Source of the DNA: Marsupella aquatica
Lineage: Eukaryota; Plantae; Marchantiophyta
Direction of reading: 5' to 3'
Length of the DNA stretch: 64,000 nt
Assembly: GCA_973895155.1 (NCBI GenBank)
Contig: OZ316891.1
Location: 26,343,972 to 26,407,971, forward strand
A model generated the notes under the pieces. That model was not told the origin of the DNA, searched no databases, and saw only the letters and a program-made list of their open reading frames with translations. Positions 25,056-39,381 of the stretch are shown here, one piece after another. A program made the translations under genes and the position numbers. The number at the start of each line of letters is the position of its first letter. Position 1 is the stretch's first letter.

Positions 25056-25783
25056 GCATAATCTTAATTGGAATTATGAATATGTATTGTGTAAACTCTA
25101 TGTTTATCCCAGAAATTTGTTGGATGGGCTACTCCCATAAAGCTTGTTACCCAGATGGATGAAGTTACACTTGATTGAAAAAAAGTATGCATTAATTTAC
25201 AAAGGAAAACAATTTATAAGTACTTTACCACTAAAGTTGTTTTAATTGATAAGATTGTCACTATTTTTCTTGTATATACAAAAATAGCACCATTTTGTAT
25301 ATAGATAACAAGTTCACCAAGATAACTATATACTAAAAGCATAGCATATATGATAGTATTGTAAATTCAAACACGACAAAGTACTTAAAAACTGCAAAGG
25401 GAAATTCGGACTACAAATAACTAATTCTGCTGGGCATCGGTCAAACGTTCAAGTCCATGACGAATGTTCGTCCCCAAAATATTGCGTTAATGGCATCTGA
25501 AAGTTTAATCTTTATCTAATTCTGCGCGAAGGGGATCTCCTTTGCCTATATCTCTACTCTGAATACAATAGTGTAAATTTGTAAGGAGGTTTACCGTTTC
25601 CCACCGGATACCTCGACTGAGAACGGTACAGTAGGAAATGTATGGGACCGTACTGTACTGGGATGGCTTTTTATTTCACGATTAGCAGCTGATAATTCCG
25701 TAGCGTAGAGTTATTTTCACGTTCACTGACAATATCGACGGCAGGAACTTGTTTCAGCCTGTCTTGCTTTTCCTCACACCTGC

Positions 25784-25976
25784 GGGCAGGGCAGGGCAGG
25801 GCAGGGCAGGGCAGGGCAGGGCAGGGCAGGGCAGGGCAGGGCAGGGCAGGGCAGGGCAGGGCAGGGCAGGGCAGGGCAGGGCAGGGCAGGGCAGGGCAGG
25901 GCAGGGCAGGGCAGGGCAGGGCAGGGCAGGGCAGGGCAGGGCAGGGCAGGGCAGGGCAGGGCAGGGCAGGGCAGGG
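25784..25976. repeat. Perfect (GGGCA)n microsatellite, about 38 copies
   Basis: Read directly from the sequence. Confidence 0.98.
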
Positions 25977-27730
25977 TCAGAAAAGTATGCACGTTTCTGA
26001 CCAACATGTGGGGCGAATCTTCCTGATTCCCAGATTGTGCAGGGCTGCCCATAGTGTACGCTGTGTCGATGCATACTATAGTGGTTCTCTAAGTGCACAT
26101 TACACGGGGTTTGCAATATGTACAATACGGTGTTGGAAATGTTGAGGGGAGCGTTTTTCAGAAAAGAACGGTCGAAAGATTTAATACATTTGATATTTGA
26201 CAAGAAAAATGGAACTACCCCCACTAAATTTGGAGGATACTCTGAAATATGATTCGCATCCATTTGGGCCTAAATCTCTTTTGTTATATATATATATAAC
26301 TATTATTTTAAATATTTTTTTAGCCTTAACCCGTTCCAGCCTAGTATGAGGGTTGTGAGAGTTAGGCCCCCTTGGCTAGCCACCTGAATAATTATCCATT
26401 TGCAGACCCAATTTTAAGCTATAAACAAAGTAAATCACACGCTGGGCATATGCTTTTGCAGTGAGGTAACCTAAGTGTAAATCTGTAATTTGTACATTTA
26501 TCAATAAGAGTGCACCCTCTGTTAGTGAGGTCTAGTGACTCCCAAGTCCCAACCCAAATTGTAGATCTCCACCCTAAATTTGGTATCTTAATCCATAAGT
26601 GCATACTTTAATGAAAAATTGGCTCTCGTACTTTAAGGATCCGCTTATCACTTAATGCAATTGGATGGGATTGTGCTTATAAAGTTGTCATAAAGTGCCC
26701 ATATTTAAGGCTTGTTTGCACTTGAGTATTATTGTTTCACTTATCGAGGGCCGACTGTGTTCTGTAACGCAAACTTTAGTCCACGGCCAAAACGGATCTT
26801 CCTGGATATACGTGTGGCGCACAGTCGGGCAGGGTACCTTACAGAGTACACACCGTGACTGCGTGACACGGATGGCGTTTACACTTTAACCAGAGTTAGA
26901 GAGCCAGATGCATGGCACACGTGTCAGTGGTGGGACCGTCCTGCCTCGAGCTATGAGTCGGCTCGGCAAAAGCCTGAAAAAGACCGACAATGTGAACGAA
27001 CGGCCGAGAGCTTTATTAGTGACGCCGAAAGGTTTTGCAATGGATCGTTGGAAGATTTTCCTGACTCTCATCACCTTCGTCCTGCTAATGCCAGAGTAAC
27101 AGTGACTAATAGCTTTGCAGGGTGAATGCATGGCAATTGTAAGCACAATGCATTTGCTTGATGAGGGTGATGATGATCGGTGCAATTGATAAGCGTAATT
27201 TCAGGAAGAAAGGTTACCATTCATGAACGTAATTTCTCTCCCGAAGAAAGGTCAATGGTATGTAATTATTTTTATTAGGTGTTATCATTTTCATAACCCT
27301 GTGCCCTAACTATATTACCCTGTCATCTTTTAGTCTGAAACGTGTTCTCACAAAACTCAGAAAAACTTTCATGCTAGTGCTGATGAGCATTTCTTCACTT
27401 TCTGGTCACCGGGTTACAAACAAGTAATCCCCGACCAAACCATCATTACTCTATACTTAAGGTCCTGTGAAATGATTTTCCTTAATATTTGAGGTATTAG
27501 TGAAGAAGATTTCACAATCAATATGATGATCACTCCTCATAAGAATTCTCAATCTACTTTTCCTTAAAAAATTGGTAAAGAAAACAGTCTCTTACATTAT
27601 CACCTGCATTTAGGTCCTCCTTACCATACTATTATGGGCAAATATAGCCTCCCCAAAACTTGAGCTGAGTCTTTAGAGTTGTGAGGTATTACAATGCCCT
27701 ATAAACACTACTTTACTATATACATTTTTA

Positions 27731-28190
27731 TTTGCCGAACCACCTCACTGAATAGTCTTAGCTACTTCTGGCAAAAATTAGTCAGGTGTTTTGGCTTCTA
27801 TAAGTCAGTTTCCCACCCACAAACAAAGTTATACTTCAATCTCGGGAGATCAAACGGTAGAAAAATTATCTAGTGAAATTAAACAAACAGTATTCTTAGC
27901 ATCTTCTCCTTTGCACAAACCCCCATGTACCTAAAGGTGATTTTTAAGGTTTCTTCTTTCTCGCCTTTGCAAATCTCGCCTTGTGCAAAGTTGAAGATGC
28001 TACTAATATTCTTCATTAAAGTTCACTGGGTTATTTTTCCCCTTTAGTCATCCGTGGATTAAAGAATTATTGTCAGATTCTGGCTAAGGCTCTGTGGGGT
28101 AGGTAGGAAACTGGCTGATAGAAGACAAAGGAAAACCTGGAAAATTCTTGCAAGAAGTGTCCATACTATTCAGTGAGGTAATTTGGCAAA
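27731..28190. repeat. Degenerate inverted repeat (fold-back), ~190-bp arms and ~65-bp spacer
   Basis: TTTGCC.AA..ACCTCACTGAATAGT pairs with ACTATTCAGTGAGGTAATTTGGCAAA. TAGCATCTTCTCCTTTGCACAA pairs with TTGTGCAAAGTTGAAGATGCTA. Confidence 0.75.
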
Positions 28191-29869
28191 ACTTCTGTCC
28201 CTCAAATAACACTGGTGTTGATATCCATTTCTACCGAAGTCAGCATATTTCACCTCATGACCGTTCAATCCGAGCACCACCTGAAGACAACAAAGGATTA
28301 TAAAGTTCTGGAGCACAAGGAAAGAAAAAAAGTTGTGAAGAGATGAACGAGGAAAAACCCTCCCTCGTTAGTTCATACCCACAACAAAAAGCTCTCAAGA
28401 AATGAGCAGGGCATGCTCCTCAAGCTGTGTCTCGAAATATGTTGCTCCATGTTTGTAAAGTAGGGATTAAATGTATCTACATAGAAAAATAGGGAGTTGC
28501 GACTAAAGTACCCAATAATCAAGGACATTCGCCTAAGTTGTGAGGGTTTACTATTGCCCATAATGCCCTGGTAATGAGGGCTTCATTCACTTTAATCTCC
28601 CCAAAAATATCTCTTGCACTGTGTTTTTTTTTGGATCTCCGTTCTTTCGCCCTCGAAGACAAACCCAAATTTCATGCACTTCAGGATTCTAGTTTTCTTC
28701 ACCCAGAGGCAAGTACAGGAAAATACCCCCCCCCCCCCCCCGCCCCCCCCCCCCCCAAAAATGCCTTTACATCCGAGCTATGGGCAATCTCTCCATTCAG
28801 TTCAGAAATATACAAAGAGAAAATCTTGCAGGGATTTAGGTACGTTTTCCAATTCTTTTTAATTAGGATGTTGGCACAGCTTGTCATCCACCTGAGCACC
28901 GCATTCCACTGTTGGCAAGTCCAACCATCCACAATCCCTCAAAACGGTTGTCAAAAATCCCATTTCCGACACCCTCACCAAAACGTAGCACACTTCTTCA
29001 TGGAGCCCAACAACCTAATAGCCTGGGCACCTCTCAATATCTAACTTTCCCAGTCAGGCAGGTCATAATCAGCATTTTCATTTCAGTGCCAAAATAGTTA
29101 AATTCCGCCTCACTGAAAGTTTTTGCCAGGCTTTATGTCTTTGATTAGCCTTTCACCATAGGATTACCATAAGACAAAAAGCCTCTTAGGTGGTGATTAT
29201 GGTGAAAGACTAATCTTATGGTAATCCTCAAAGGTGGCAAAGTTCTTAGCATCTTCACTTCGCTTTCAATCCCCTCCTTGATTTTTCTATTTGTAATGAC
29301 CTGCTTTATAGAGAAGAATGCACAGTACATTTTGAAACTTCTCCTCTACTATTACTGATGAAGTCAGATATGAAATTTCTATCATGGAGTTAGATGTATC
29401 AAACAGAGCATTATGGGCAATAACAACCCCTCAAATTTGAGCTGAAGTCCGCAATGGGTGGTGTTATGGCCTACGCTCAACATTTCATTGTTGTTAGTGT
29501 CAACAAAATCCTAGGTTTCTTGTCCGTTTACTACCAAGCTACAGACCCCATCAGCCAGAATCTAACAGCTTTCCTGACATCTAGGGAGATCTGGTCAGAT
29601 ATTAATCTAGGACAACTAGACAAAAAATATATTCCCCACAACTTCACCTTCATTGGAAAAGGTGACATTCACCACCCCTGGACCACAGAAAAACCAACAA
29701 AAAAATATCCAACCTTTAATGCCGTTTGTGATTTTCTCCCTTTGTATATTTCAGTGCATTCTTGGAGAAGGGTGCCTCTGTCCTACTATATCCAAAGTGG
29801 CATAATTATGGAGGTTCGTGATGCACCCTGTGACCGTTGGGTCTGAGGAAGTATCTGGAAAAAGTACAG

Positions 29870-30450
29870 GGACGATAAATCAGTTTTTGTCTTTGACAAC
29901 TGATACATTAAATCATCGGTCTTCAACACCTTATTGGGAGAAGATCCAATCATAGAAATGAAAAGGGGGAATTATTCCAATCTCTCAACTGGACCGGAAC
30001 GATGGTGGTGCAAGCAATGCCATGAGGAAGGTCATCAGGACATCCTTCATTGTCTGTGGCTATGCCCTGAGTTTATGAGGATCTGATCCTAGTTTAAGTG
30101 GGTGAATTCAGCAGGCTCTTGAATCACAGGGATCCCCTTTTGGCTTTGAGGGTGTGCGAGCCTTTCTGGGAGCGCCCTGTTCTGGGAGTGGAAGGGGTTT
30201 CCTCTCAAAGTCTGACATCTTGTTTGAGGTATTAGTTGCTAGCAGCTATGGAAAGCTCACAGCTCATTAGAGAAGGAGAAGGTGAGAATTTCCACAGGGA
30301 GGATCTAAGATTAGATTTGGCAGGAGTTTAGACTGAATATGAAGATTGCCTAAAACAAGGGTTTGGCCTGGGTCATGCTGAATGGAAGATGCAAATTGGA
30401 ACTTATTGGGAAGATGAAACTGGATTTTGGCCTTGAGGGAGGTCTATACA
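29870..30450 (+). mobile_element. LINE ORF2 3' remnant (C-terminal CCHC zinc motif)
   Basis: WWCKQCHEEGHQDILHCLWLCPE at about 30003-30072, followed by a degenerate Trp-rich tail. Confidence 0.55.
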
Positions 30451-32699
30451 ATATGCAGAATGGACTGTTAGTTGTGGACTTTAGCCCCTTATGGCTTTTT
30501 AACCACCCTGAATAAGTAGTTTTAGTTGATCCTTGGCTTCACTTTTTGGTGAGTGCTCCAGGTATAGTTGTTAAACCACACCTGCCACTATAAAAGCCTC
30601 ATTCCATGTCTCACTACTCACCATAAACTGTGTGGAACACTAGCACCTTTTGTGGAGTACTTGCCAAAAAAGGGTTTGCAGTCAGCACCTTTTGTGGAGC
30701 TCAAAGCCCATTTTCTGAACTTGTACTCTTTAGAATGAGAGCCACGGGTTACCCGTAGCCCTTTATAGGGGCAGGTGTGGTTTAATGAACTGTGTAGATA
30801 GATTATCCTTATTTCAAATTTTGGTCTGGGTTCGGTGTTTCGGATCTTGTTTTTTGTGGGTGACTTTGACTTAAGTTCTAATGTTCCCTTTTGCCTTTGT
30901 CCCTCATGATTGGACGTGTCTGGCTGGTTATTACCTGATTTATTGGTAATCTACTTTTCTCATGAGTAAACTGTTCCGTTCAAAGAGAAAAAAATTTGGA
31001 TTGTCCTCTTTCACCTGATCTTTCTATTATTCATGATACACCTATGCATGATGTTTGCCTGCCCCTCCTTCCATTGATGTTGTGCCTTCATGTCCCCCGA
31101 TCTATTGCCCACCCCATCGTCAATCAAACTAGTCTTCACCTCTCTCTTCACAACATGTACCACCCCAACCCCTCCAGCCTCCTCATCAAGCCTCTTTGTC
31201 CACATTTGTTCTGCTTCCACCTATAGTCTAGTCTTTCCTTCCTACCTCCCAAGAGGAGCATCCCAGCACACCTGTTTGGACTGTGGTTGGGTTGACATCT
31301 CCCTCCCTCATCATCGAGGGTGAGGCAAATGCCAACATTGCCAAGAGGTGCAATCCCAGCCCCAGCCCCCTCCAGACCTAGTTCACTCTGCCCCTCCATC
31401 TTTGGAGGCTTCTGGGCAGGCTTGGCATTTGGATTCGCACTATGGATCCCATTGCAACATACCATCCTGTGTACATAAGACCCCAACTTATAACCACATT
31501 CCTGATGCATTGCCTCTCTTAGTTTCGTCCTCCTTGTTACAAATCATGCAACTTATCTTAGCGCATCCTTTGGAGATCTCCTATTGGTCTATACTGTCTT
31601 GTGTTTTCTCCACAGTGGGCTCTTACACTCCCTAGTCATGGTGGTCGTGTGGGTCACCTCATGTTTACACTATCTTTGAGAGGAGATTGGGAGCAGCGAT
31701 CCATCTTGACCTCGCACTTTTGTCAGCGCATTTCAGTGGCCTTACACATGCCTAGCTCGAGCAATTTATCATTGATCCCTCAAAGTGGGTGCTATTGTGC
31801 CTCCGCAGACGCTTGCCGCTGGAGCATGTCCCACTTGCTCAATTAGTTAGGACATAATTGGATGTGGACCATTTTCTCTTGCCACATTTTCCAAATGTGG
31901 ACACTAGTCCTTCACACTAGTGTAGTGTTAGACACTTTTCCCTTTCTCTTTACATTTTTTAATGTTGCACTTGCTTTCATTTTCCTTGTTTGGTGTTTGC
32001 CCTCTTTGCACCTTTGTTTCTTTCCTTTCATTGTACTTTGTTTTTTTCCTGTTTATAAATTTTTGTGTTAGTTTTCTTTAGGAAGATTTCTCTCACCTGG
32101 ATAGTAAGATTGTCCGTTAGTTTTACTAGAATCTTAAAAAAACAAATTAAAGTCCTTTTTGCCGAGCATTACGGGAGATTATAGCCACTCAAAAGTTGAA
32201 CTGAAGCTCTCTTTTTTTAAGGGAATTCTAGCTGGGTCACAAATGAATGCCCTCTAGAAAAAAGTACTTTAATATATCCATAATGCCCTGGTACCTAGAT
32301 ATGACGTTGGTTACCCTCACCAAAAAAGAAAAGCCTGATAATAATCTCCCTCCCTTCTTGAGAGACGTGAGGATGGGGGCGCAAACTGACACAACCTGTC
32401 TTCCTCGGTTCCCCCACCCCCTTGGCGCCCCCCCCCCCCCCCCCCCGAAATCCCGACCAATAGGCACACAATGCGCTCTCCCTGGTTATTTTTTTTGCAT
32501 TACCAGAACAGCACTCACGTTTACGTCACGCGCACTCACATGACACGCAAAGCAGTTGAGACTTGTGACATCTCGACCGGATTTAATTTTTCTCGTCCCC
32601 TTTTTTTCGGGTAATGTGCACCCACACAGTTTCCCTTGTCGTTGATGAAAAGGGAGCGGAAAAGGATCTCTCGTACTACTGTACTAGCAAAGGCTTTTT

Positions 32700-34400
32700 T
32701 CTGCTGGTTGCAAAGTTAGAACGACTCTGTTTCCTAAGTGCATTTTGATTCCAATATATAGAGGTATCTGTTTGATGGACCCCAACGATAAAAAGTGTTA
32801 CTTGAGACTTTGAGTGTTCCAGACAGTTGATAGACCTTCTTAAATTAACTTACCCAACATTTCGTTGGTTGGGAAGAAAAGTTTGGCTCTGATATGGATA
32901 TGACACTCCCAAGAATAAAAAAAACGAGGATTCCAGAAGTAGGCCCAAGAAAGGGGAGACAAGAAGAAAGTAACTCCATAATTTACTGTTAATATTGTCA
33001 TTCTCTCTAAGGAACACCCAACTCTTATCAATACTGAAATTGTTTATGAAATAAAAATCTAAATGCATGCTGCTTATTTATCCAAAGAGCAAAAAGTGCC
33101 CAACTGGGAGGCAAGATCCCGTAAGGCAAGGGACCCAATAAAGAAGACAAAACAAGGGAAACACCCTGGAAGCCCAGAGAGCCAACGAGTGCAAGAGCCA
33201 ACTTACTTAACCCGTGAGTGCGTAACATTAGCAAGACAACTAAAATCCTGGTAGAGCTCCTGAATAAACCACATTGGAGGGTCAATAAATGAGAATTGAC
33301 TAGAGGCCCTAAACAAACAGTCTGGGCCTTACAAAGAGTATTGAATGTCTGAGGGCCCTTTGTAGTGGAACTAACACCCATTGTCAAACTAAGGTAGTGA
33401 GGACCAAACTTGGGGATGAGGCCTCAATTCTACACAAAACTTGCACAAGCTCAAAAGAAACAGTCAAAGATAGGGTGCAGAGTCCCAAAGACTTCAAATG
33501 CTAACAAAAATTATCCCCAGGGTAACCAGCCTTACATGCCTCCTTGTTAAGCTGGGCTGCCTTAGCTGCAGCATGAACTGGTACATGGGAGCAATCACAT
33601 ATGTATATTCAAAAACACTGCAAAGAACCAAAGGGGCACATTGTTAGGAGACATGAGCCCAAATGCAAGAAACCCAATAATGGGGGAAAAGCTTTTTGCA
33701 AACAGCAGCCTAAAAGTAAGTGCCACTTGCGTCTCCAAATTCATTCTTGCAAAGCCAATTCTTCCCCAGGTAGCCAAATGTGAATTTTAAGGGTTTCTGT
33801 GAGGCCCCAATGGATTTCCAAAGTTAGGATGGAATGACACAGATCAAGAAATGCTCAGATAACACTCTTGACAGTTTTGATTGAAATATGACCTGTAAAT
33901 GGGTTCCTGACGGTTAAAGCAGTGGTAAGTCACTCTTGTGCACAGACTACTCAGGGATGTTCTTCACAAAAGTAAATCATCATTCCCAAAAGTGGTTGAT
34001 AGTTTCTCATGCCAAACTACTCAGAAAGATCTCAAACGTTGTCACGTAATAGATTGAACATCAGAGAAGATGCTGAAATATGTGAGCTTCAACAGAAATC
34101 CAAAAGTTGTCCAAAGAAATTCACAAGTCTGTGCAAAACCCACATTTTAAACTTGGCCGGGGCATCTAGAAAAACTACTCAGGACGTCTTCAAAAGTGAA
34201 GTGTCCATCCAAAAGCAGCCGGTAAGTGTGAATTTAGGGTGTAAAGTGGTGCAGCGTGTTCTCTTAAACCCCTTGGTCCATCCAGGCAGAAGTTTCAACT
34301 ATATGTATTACAACATTTAATAACTATATTGTACCAAAACAGGAGAAAACATTATTTTGGAAAAAATCATCAATAATTACCATTATTGTTTAGTTCTTGT
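32700..34400 (-). mobile_element. Highly decayed repeat, possibly a LINE ORF2 3' part
   Basis: Only weak translated remnants (EHFLIC...LWK near 33830-33860). No intact ORF. Confidence 0.25.
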
Positions 34401-37400
34401 CTGACAAAGTTCATTCAAGCACCATCTCAACCGTTTTTGTCTCTCCTGGTGTTTCTGTCAACAGGTTTAAAAGGGATGTATGGAAAAGAAAGATAGTTTC
34501 AGACACATACAGTAGTTATATAAAGAAACAATACAAATTTTTCAATTTGAGTCCTATATGTATGGAAGATAGAACCTTCCTTTTCGAGTTGAAAAAAGTG
34601 GTTTCAAAGCAAACATGTCCACTTGAGGAAAGTGAACGATGGAGGCTTAAGTGACTTATAAGTTCTGAATTACAATAAAATTGATGCACAGATGCCATTT
34701 TTCATGGACACATGGAATCAAGATCCAGATGTGACAATGCACAATAAGATTTGAAGGCTTTTTGCAAGTCAATGGAACTATTCTGGATAGATTTCCTTAC
34801 ACTTAGGGCCAACTCGTGAGCAGCCCTACCCTTTGCCTAAAACTGACTCGCGGCAGTGTATTAGTGCATGAGAGAAAAATGACGTCACCTCCTCCCCTGC
34901 CAGTCCCTACTGCAGAAAAACTTAGCAAATCCTCAAACTTACACATAAAACAAATGCCCTAAGTAACACAGTTATATTGCGACAGTCTGCCATTGCAAAT
35001 TTTGGGGTAGTGCACATGACAAGTACTGAGTACAAAGATTGACTTGTTAATGTACAAAGATTGACTTGTTAATGTACAGATTCAATTGTCCTAAAGTGTG
35101 GCCTAAAGTGTGGCCTAAAGTGTGGCAAGGGCAAACATGCTAGTTGGCCCTTAGTTGAACAGGGATAGAGCTCTGGGACCAAACCTTGTAGCGAACAGAA
35201 GGTGGGAACTGGGAAGGAGCTTGAATATTGATATTTCCTACAAATTTGCTGTCAACGGCCCAACCGTGGAATGCTGTTTGTGTAGGGCCAATGTGCCCAT
35301 ACAGTTGTTAACGAATCCCGCTCCGAGTCTCAAGCTAAAGGGAATGTTCCATGGATGAGCACCCCTTCCAGCATGGGCGAGGGTACGGAAGAATCTCATC
35401 ACAGTGTTGCATGCAAAGGAAGGATTGGTAGAGCCCGTGGGAGAGTTAGATGACTGCTGGTTTCAGAAGCCAAGACACATGTAGAGACGAGGTGGAACAC
35501 CTACGATACCACAGTGGTCTGTTCATGGTCATGTTGCTGTAAAATGTAAATTGCTCTGTTCTATAGCCTGGAGACAATCAAAACGTACACATTCCTTTTG
35601 TGTGATGACAAAAAAGCATGGAGGACTCGCGACTGTGATCCGAATCAGAGAGAGGAATTGACCCGAGTTCTCCGTAGGATTTCAATTTGTCTTCAACGGT
35701 TGGAACTTGCACTATCGAGGATACGCTCCACAATTTATTGACTAATACGTTTAGCATGTTACTATCCTCTCCATTTCGATTCATCCTATTGGCCACTATC
35801 CCAAGCAGTCAGGTAGCATATTACTATCCTCTCCAGTTCAATTCATCCTATTGGCCACTATCCCAAGCAGTCAGGGAACTACATTTCATGGCCAAGAATA
35901 TATGGAGACTTGGACTACACTATCGGTATTCTGGCAAGTGAAGCACGTACACAATGAAAACGAGAAACTATTCTCAAGTGAGTTGGCACCCTTGTCTATT
36001 GGTCACCACCCCTTATCAAAGAGCAATAAAGGGTTTTTTGTCCATAACACCTGTAGTACAGAATTAGAGAGGGGAATTGGGCCCACTTGTCAATAGCCTG
36101 ATGACAAGAACGCGGCTCTACTGTAAGTTTATTGCTAGGGCTAGGCCCACAAAGGCCACGAATTGCTTCAGGCTGGGATTCTGGAAGCTATAGGCAAGTT
36201 TCTTCGAAAGATTTACGTGAGGACAGTGACGGCGATACTTCGTATGTGTTCGCCTTAATTGAAAGCCTTACGTGACTCAAGCGTCAAAGCATCAAACGTC
36301 AGGAACAGAATGGTGAACAGTTCACCATATCCTCAAGGACAACCTCACGCCTTCATCGTATCTTTTGATGACTCGAGCATCAAGGATATGGCTATGGCAA
36401 GTCAGCTCCCCTCACCGTTTGCGATGTCGAGTCATTGTTGTCATGGCGACAATAAACGGATGGCTATGTCAAGTCAGCTCCCCTTATAGTTTGAGATGTT
36501 GAGTCAAGATTGTCGTTGAGTCAAGATGTTGAGTCAAGATAGTTTGAGATATTGAGTCAGCTACCCTTACAGTTTGCACTTAGATGTCAAGTCATGATTC
36601 ATTAGGACAAAACAAGTGGGGCACACCAGTGTTTGAGCGTGTCTACAGTAGTTACTCATGATCATGTATTCAGTGGTGTAGGAAGCTTGCAAACATGCAT
36701 CAAGTATTGAGGCTGGAGCTTCCAAACAGTAAGTTAACAAAGCCCGAGTGGCTTTAAAGACTGGGTTGCACCTGCTTTTTAGTCGAGTGACTCTCATCTC
36801 GGGTTGCACCTGCTTCCGTTACACTCACCTTGGGCTTCAACAACAGGTTTCTAACTTTGAATCGAATTCACGTCTCTTGCTTTCGTAATTGATTGAGATC
36901 ACTCAAAGCTTTGGTCGTGGATTAAGATTAACTCGGAGCATTTGTACGAGGTTGATCTCTCGATTGATAGACTTAAAAAGGATACTGCCCAGAATCATCA
37001 CGGCTCTTGGGTTGTTAAATGTGCTGTTAAATGATCACAGCACTCATTTCAAGTTCTGCAACCAAGACCGTGGATGTATTTCCAGATGTATTTTTGAAGG
37101 TCCATGGCCTCATGCATCCATGTCCAGTAGAGCAGACACTGTTCAATCTCTAAATTGGTACTTCTATTTGGGTTCTCACGAAAAGTTTATCCATGGTGGT
37201 CAGAGTATACGGGGAGAAAGAAATGGAAGGCTTTCCAATTTTCCAAAACTCAAACGGTAAGGTCAGGCCAGCAACCTAAAGCCTTCCTGGGCATAGGGAA
37301 AGCGAAAGCTCCAACAAAGACTCAAAACTACAGTAGGGTCTCCCAACGATAAGACCAGCACGGTCTTTTCATGGTCCATTACTGGCACCTGCACCTAATG

Positions 37401-39381
37401 TCCAGGTGATGCATCGAGACTACCTGGCCCACAATCAGAATCGAGCCCTTTCATAATCATCCCTGTAGAATGAGATCTGTGATGAAGGAAATTCTCGATT
37501 AAGTAGCAATTAAAAAGACGAATCCCGAGAAGTTTTCCTGCCGATGCAGATAGATGTGTGAGGTCAGCTTCATCTTTGTTGTCCATCTGCATATGCATCG
37601 CCAATGGCATTTCGTGCTCGCATTTCGTGCTCGCCGTGTCTGGTCAATGCGTGATGAGTAGTGTGTAGAGCCTCGAGATCTCCTTGGTGGAAGAGCATGT
37701 GGGCCCTGAGAAAATGGTTTAGACCTGGCCACCACCACAACTAACCAGTTACGCAGACCAAGGCACATGTGGCGTGCAGAATCTAAAGCATGGGTTAAAC
37801 CACTTTGGAAGACCCTTCAGACCTGTGAGAGCTCTAAAACTTCAATGTCTTCAAAATTTCCCATTAGAGGGAGCCCCAAAATTCTATACAATTCATGTAA
37901 AGAAATGTCTAGAAGGGAGTGCCCGAAGGTGGATGTGGTGGGGCCAGCGCGTTAGGATTACATCTCAGAGCTCAAAATTACAGTAGCTCTGGGGTAAAAC
38001 AGACTGGGCACTAATGAAGGTACAGGAATGAAAGATCTCGATTCCTCGATAATCGAGAGGACCGTAATCGAGAGGACCATAATCAAGAGGACCCAATCAT
38101 GAGATGGCCGGGACATTGGAGAAAAAGACAAGACACGCGTTCTCCATCCTGGAGGAACCGTTGCAGTTACGAACCTATAATTAGAAAAAGGCCGAGCGGA
38201 CATAAATGAATTCAATCTATAACAGCGGAAAATTAGAATGTAGGCAGTAACAGTGGAGCTTCTGAAGCAAGTCTTGCAAAGGTCAATGCAGAGGACAGCT
38301 TCCCCTGCGTGAGACGTGGAAGAGTGGACAATTAGAACTTCAGCCAGAATCGAGGGGATATCTGCAACCAGCGAATATTGAAGACAAAGGGCACAGTGGA
38401 GTAATCAAGGAGAAAAGTACAGTAAGTAGAGAGGGTCTCCAAGGATAATTCCAAACGGAACCAACTTTGAAGGAAGGTGATTTCTTGAGGTCCAACAGTG
38501 GGTGCACATCTCTCGATAAAAGTCCGAGATCACCACAAATCAGTAGAGAAACGTCTTGTTCAACAAGATATAAAGCACTAGGTAGTAGATTAATGATAGA
38601 TACCAGCAAGAGGCGAGGTCAGACCCGCAACCGGCAACGAACAGACGTAATCATCCATACTACTACTGTGCCTGCTCATATGAGGCGAAGGACAACAGAC
38701 TATTACTTCGTACCATATAGACCAAGGCCACCCGATAGGTATAGTATTTGGATTCCCTCAATCCTGAGAAGTAGGGTTTGGGAATTGCTTCACGCAAATT
38801 CTTGCAACCGGTACTGGAGGAGCAAAGACTATTATGCGCACACGGAAAAAGTGCTACGAGTTTCTGAAAGTAACGATCATAGCTGTAGCCATTAGTAGTC
38901 AATTGTAGACAGGGACTGTAGAGACCGACTGACGAGCCTGACCACCTTAATGAGTACTAACGACCAACCGCCCAGAGACGGAACCGACAATGATAAATTA
39001 TACATAACGAGATATGCACGGCAGTGAGATGGCATCACGTGCCGATGGGTACAATCAATGAAGAATGGTTACAAGAAACGAATTGTTTACGAGGTTTAAA
39101 CGCCATGGCTAACTCACTGATATCAGCATCTGTGGTGAAGGGAGGGGTCTAGATCTTATCTTACATTAGACTGATGATGAAAGAATCTACTAGTCATTTG
39201 CTCTGGTACTTTAGCAAAGGCGTCTCACAGTTTCTGCTGTAATGTGCATGCCGAAGTACCCAAGTTCTCGAGTAGGTAGGTGATTTACCATTGCCTTTAC
39301 CGACATCGATTCATGTACTGCTTGCCACAGGTGACTATGACGTTGGTAACGTTCGCTAGACGAAAGAGCTTTTCTCTGGTC

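Noticed and set aside
25749-26263. ORFs with PALPC/GQGRA repeats
   Set aside because: These are translations of the (GGGCA)n microsatellite.
34900-38900. Short ORFs and small duplications downstream of the host gene
   Set aside because: No consistent exon chain or motifs. Treated as intergenic.
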